Part shown: piece by piece, positions 60,456 to 64,000 of the stretch | How positions within the stretch are numbered: position 1 is the first letter of the stretch | Layout: each line of letters starts with the position of its first letter | Origin: the human T2T-CHM13v2.0 reference genome, Homo sapiens | Length of the DNA stretch: 64,000 nucleotides | Reading direction: 5' to 3' (one strand) | NCBI RefSeq assembly: GCF_009914755.1 | Contig: NC_060926.1 | Position numbers and translations under genes: made by a program | Notes under the pieces: generated by a model | What the model saw: the letters and a program-made list of their open reading frames with translations, nothing else | Databases searched by the model: none | What the model was told of the DNA's origin: nothing

Positions 60456-61947
60456 GGCACCACCTAAGAGTCACCAGGCTCAGTGCCCTTGGGGTGGCTT
60501 TCTCTTCTCTCCAAAAGATCCCAGGATTCCGTCATTTTCAAAGTCCCTCTGTTGTTGCTTGTTTACACTTAAGAAATGCCTGCTGAGCACCCTGACAAAG
60601 GGACCAGGCATCCCTCGATCAGGGTTGCTCTGCCTTGCTCAGCCAGCTGAGCAACCCTCCCTGGATTCACTGCCCCCCAAGTGACAGCCATCTCTGATGG
60701 CAGGCCACTCACACCCCCTCAAAAATCACCCAGGAACCATTAAAACCATTCAAGACATACTTGAGAGTAGTATTTTGGGACTAATTGGAGGCAATGATTA
60801 TTCACACAAAACCTGCGCTGTGTGGCCAAGATGATGCCACCAAGGTGTGCTGAGAGTCCGGGTGCTGATCCAGGGCTGGAGGCGGGCAAAGCGCACAGCT
60901 CGCAGAAGGTGGGCGAATCACAGACCTTCCTCAAGCCTTTCCCTTGGGACACAGTCCCCTTTGCCACCCTGGGAGGCGTGTTACCAGAGATATAGTGTGG
61001 AGACTGCTGGAACCACGGTGGAGAAAGAAACTGTTGTGGAGAAAGATTTTCTAGGCCCAAGAAGCCAGTGGGCAGGCAGAAACAGGAAGTAGTTGAGTCC
61101 AGGGATCTTTGAGCCCTGGGGCCAGCTGTCCTTCTGTGAGCCTTCCAACAAATTCCTCTCTTGCATGGATTTTAATGGACAGTGCTTCCTTCTTTTCTCA
61201 CAGAAGCGTCTTCTCCAGGACCCCAGAAGGCTCCCTCGCCCTCGGCCCATTCTGCTCCAAGACGCAGGCAGGCATTCCCCGCAGAGCTGTGCTGCCTTGC
61301 TGAGGTTCATTATCTGGCCGGCAGCTGAGCCTGCGGTCCCCCAGCAGCTTTCTAAATGTGGCAGGGATCGGTATAGAGGTCTCTGTGATGAAGGCGATCA
61401 GGTATAAAAACCGAGAAAATACCTCTTTGTCAGTGTAGGTGAAGACACATCACTGACAATGGCTGGAGTTTTGCCACGGGAGTGACCGTGGCTGGGCCCG
61501 TCAGCTGCAGTCCGATCACCCAGGTCATCACTCTTCCTGACAGCCTCACGGTGACAGCCGAGTCACACGGAGATGAGGAAGAAAAACAGGTGGCAATGCT
61601 CGTGGCCTCATGGTATTGAAGAAGCTGCAAGGATTCTGTGAAGGCAAAGGGAGGTCTCCTAGAGCCCACACAGGTCTCAACATGTGCAGAAGACACTGAC
61701 ATGCACACATGTGCAGACTGCTATTCACAAAGCAGCTTAGACCAGGCAAACCTGAAATTCTACGGCCCACACAGGAGCTTCTGGGGCTCACAGGCCTTGG
61801 TCTAGAAGGGGTGTGCCCATCTGCACTCTGCCTGAGTTCCTCTGCGGCAGCTCTCTTCTCCACCTGGGATCATTCCTTCCTGCTGAAGGCCAGAGGCTGA
61901 CATCCCCATTCACCAAGGAGGAAACAGAGGCCCAGAGAAACATTTCT

Positions 61948-62238
61948 GGTTTTGTCTAGAGACAGGGTTTCCGTGGCCCAGGCTGGAGTGCAGTGGTGCA
62001 ATTATCGCTCACTGCAATCCTGAACTCCTGGGCTGAAGTGATCCTCCTGCCCTAGCCTCCCAAACAGCTAGGACTATAGGCACGTGCCACCATGCTCAGC
62101 TCATTTTTTTAATTTTTGTATAGAGAGGGGGGTCTCGTTCTGTTGCCCAGGTTGGTCTCAAACTCTTGGCCTCAAGTGACCCTCCCGCCTCACCCTCCCC
62201 AAGAGCTGGGATTACAGGAGTGAGCCACTGTGCCCAGC
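61948..62238 (-). mobile_element. Alu (AluJ-like)
   Basis: Diverged reverse-complement Alu. Confidence 0.9.
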
Positions 62239-62684
62239 CCTCCAAAGAAAGGAACGGATTCAGCAGGAGCCTGCAGCTCGCTGGCAGTGGTGTTTGCCAC
62301 GGGCCAGTCTGAGTGTAGCCACAGCCCTTACCACTGTGTACTGCAGGCCCTGTGGGACTGCGATAAACCTCAGCTGAAGGGGAACTGCAGGGTAACCACC
62401 TGATCACGACAGAATTCACCCAAATACCTAGTTGTTCCCCACAGAGCCCTCTATGCCTGCTTTGAGGAATCCACTCATGAAACTGTAAAAACAACTCTCA
62501 CGAAATGAATTGCAAGAACATAGCACTGAAAAACCCCACCCTCTCCAAGTGCAGACGACGTGCACGCCTGGCCGCTGGAAACCCTGCTCCTCGCCTGCAG
62601 ATAAGCCACGTGGGTCTCAGAAACAAAGCGGCAGCCTCAACGTGCGGCCCAGTGCAGACCTTCTTACAGAGATGCACTTCTTAC

Positions 62685-62794
62685 CTCTTCCGACACCACA
62701 GGCCGCTCTGCTGCCTTCCCACGGACCCCGTGCTCCGACTGCCCTCGCTGCAGTGCGGGAACCATGGAGGACTGCTGGCTTGTCCTGGGCAGTC
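62685..62794 (-). CDS. COPS9: Probable alternative internal exon of the long COPS9/MYEOV2 isoform (GLPRTSQQSSMVPALQRGQSEHGVRGKAAERPVVSEE)
   Basis: Strong donor GAG|GTAAGA at 62685/62684; phase-1 acceptor CTCAG|GA at 62794 (weak, 5' boundary uncertain); frame open and joins the 59714 exon. Confidence 0.5.
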
Positions 62795-63615
62795 CTGAGC
62801 TGCTGAGCCCCAACAAAGGACAGGAGCTCCATCAGGATGACAGGGTGGAAATCCACTCACCACTCATGAGAAAAAGAGGCAGAGCTGACATTCGGTTCTG
62901 CTTAAGATCTCACCTGGCCTCCAGTACAAATGTCTCTTCTGTAAACATGACAAGGTGACACCCTTCAGCGGGTTCTCAGTAGCGGGGGCAGCAGGTCCCT
63001 CCACTGAGGGGCTTTAACTCTGAAAATGGGAACTGCTGAAGTCCTGGGCCTGGGCGTCTCCTGGCCTGAGAAACACTCTTCACTTCGAGATGGATGTCAA
63101 ACAGCAACTTCACTGCTTTACAGCCAGTATCGACTACTGAGCTGGGCCTACAGGAAACAAGACCCCTCTTCCCACATGGGCGTTACACTCTCCTTTGAAA
63201 TGGACCAATGTGCATTTCCACGTAGAAGGCGTCTCCTGCAGTCGCATCCTGTCGTCCTAGTTCTTAAGCCTAGGGGCAGCTGCCCTGACGTGGAGGCCAG
63301 AGGACAGCATAAGGACGACTGTGCTGACAGACACACACAGTGGGAACCTGCCCACACAGCAGAGGGGCGGCCCCGTGGCAAGGTCCTCCAAGTGCTGTCA
63401 GCAGGCCCAGCTGTGCACGGGCCGCGCTGCCTCCTGCTCCAGCACATACAGCACCTTAACACAAGGTATCTGCTACCAGACAAATGTGGTTCTCTCAGCG
63501 TGCTGACAGATGCACGCACATGCATGCACACACAAACACACAGAGACGTTTAGGGACTGCAACATTCACTCATAAGTGCAAGAAAGAGATCACTCCACAT
63601 GTGACATTGCTTTCT

Positions 63616-63621
63616 TTTAAT
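63616..63621 (-). terminator. COPS9: Polyadenylation signal ATTAAA for the short COPS9 mRNA
   Basis: TTTAAT on +, ~205 nt downstream of the stop codon. Confidence 0.7.
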
Positions 63622-63824
63622 TGGAGTGAGGACAAAACCTGATCCCGTTCAGAGATGAACAGAATCATCTAGGTCGTTAAGAACAGTCTTATCTTTCTGG
63701 TTAACCAGGTCCTAAATTCAAGGGATTTCCACGTGTTCTTTAAAACCACCTGAAACTGTCCTGCGCAGGCTCACACTGCGGCTCTGTACCAAGGGCTTGG
63801 CCCCGCCTGCAGCCAGAGGGCATC

Positions 63825-63862
63825 TCACTGGATGTCATCATCATCAAAAAGATCTTCAAAAT
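63825..63862 (-). CDS. COPS9: COPS9 (CSN acidic protein/MYEOV2) last coding exon, (D)FEDLFDDDDIQ*
   Basis: Acceptor TTTTGCTTATTTCCCTAG|ATTTTGAAGATCTTTTTGATGATGATGACATCCAGTGA encodes the conserved F/D-rich C-terminus; upstream exons lie beyond the window. Confidence 0.95.
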
Positions 63863-64000
63863 CTAGGGAAATAAGCAAAACCACGTAGTTACACCTACAA
63901 GGGTAAGGGCTGAAGAAATCACTTCAGAATGAATTATATAGTAGTCCAAAATACAGAGATAATCGTCAATGATCCAATGAAATAAAAGACTTTTCCCGTA

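Noticed and set aside
63026-63553. 175-aa (+) and 127-aa (-) ORFs downstream of COPS9
   Set aside because: No recognisable homology or supporting structure; expected by chance in GC-rich DNA

Overview
Human (primate) genomic DNA, mostly intergenic and repeat-dense. The right end carries the minus-strand terminal exon of COPS9/MYEOV2 (…DFEDLFDDDDIQ*), which places the window at chromosome 2q37.3, next to the small olfactory-receptor cluster (locus assignment from recall, not a database search). Two further minus-strand exons (62685-62794, 59337-59714) fit the long MYEOV2-type isoform. There is one near-full-length frameshifted olfactory receptor pseudogene (~41.9-42.8 kb) and a paralogous 3'-only OR fragment (~12.7-13.1 kb) fused to an L1. 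The rest is about 20 Alus, old L1M blocks, a full-length L1PB with a 15-bp TSD, younger L1PA copies, MaLR/ERV LTRs, DNA-transposon relics and three GC-rich minisatellites (15, 57 and 37 bp units). Nearly all ORFs in the track are repeat-derived. I found no convincing new gene system. The best oddities are mechanistic: an L1 with both a twin-priming inversion and a 3' transduction, an L1-associated loss of most of an OR gene, an orphan inverted copy of a VNTR unit, a snap-back repair scar in an Alu, a patchwork L1, and a COPS9 long-isoform exon that appears to be exonised ancient L1. Repeat subfamily names are by eye and boundaries of old repeats are approximate.
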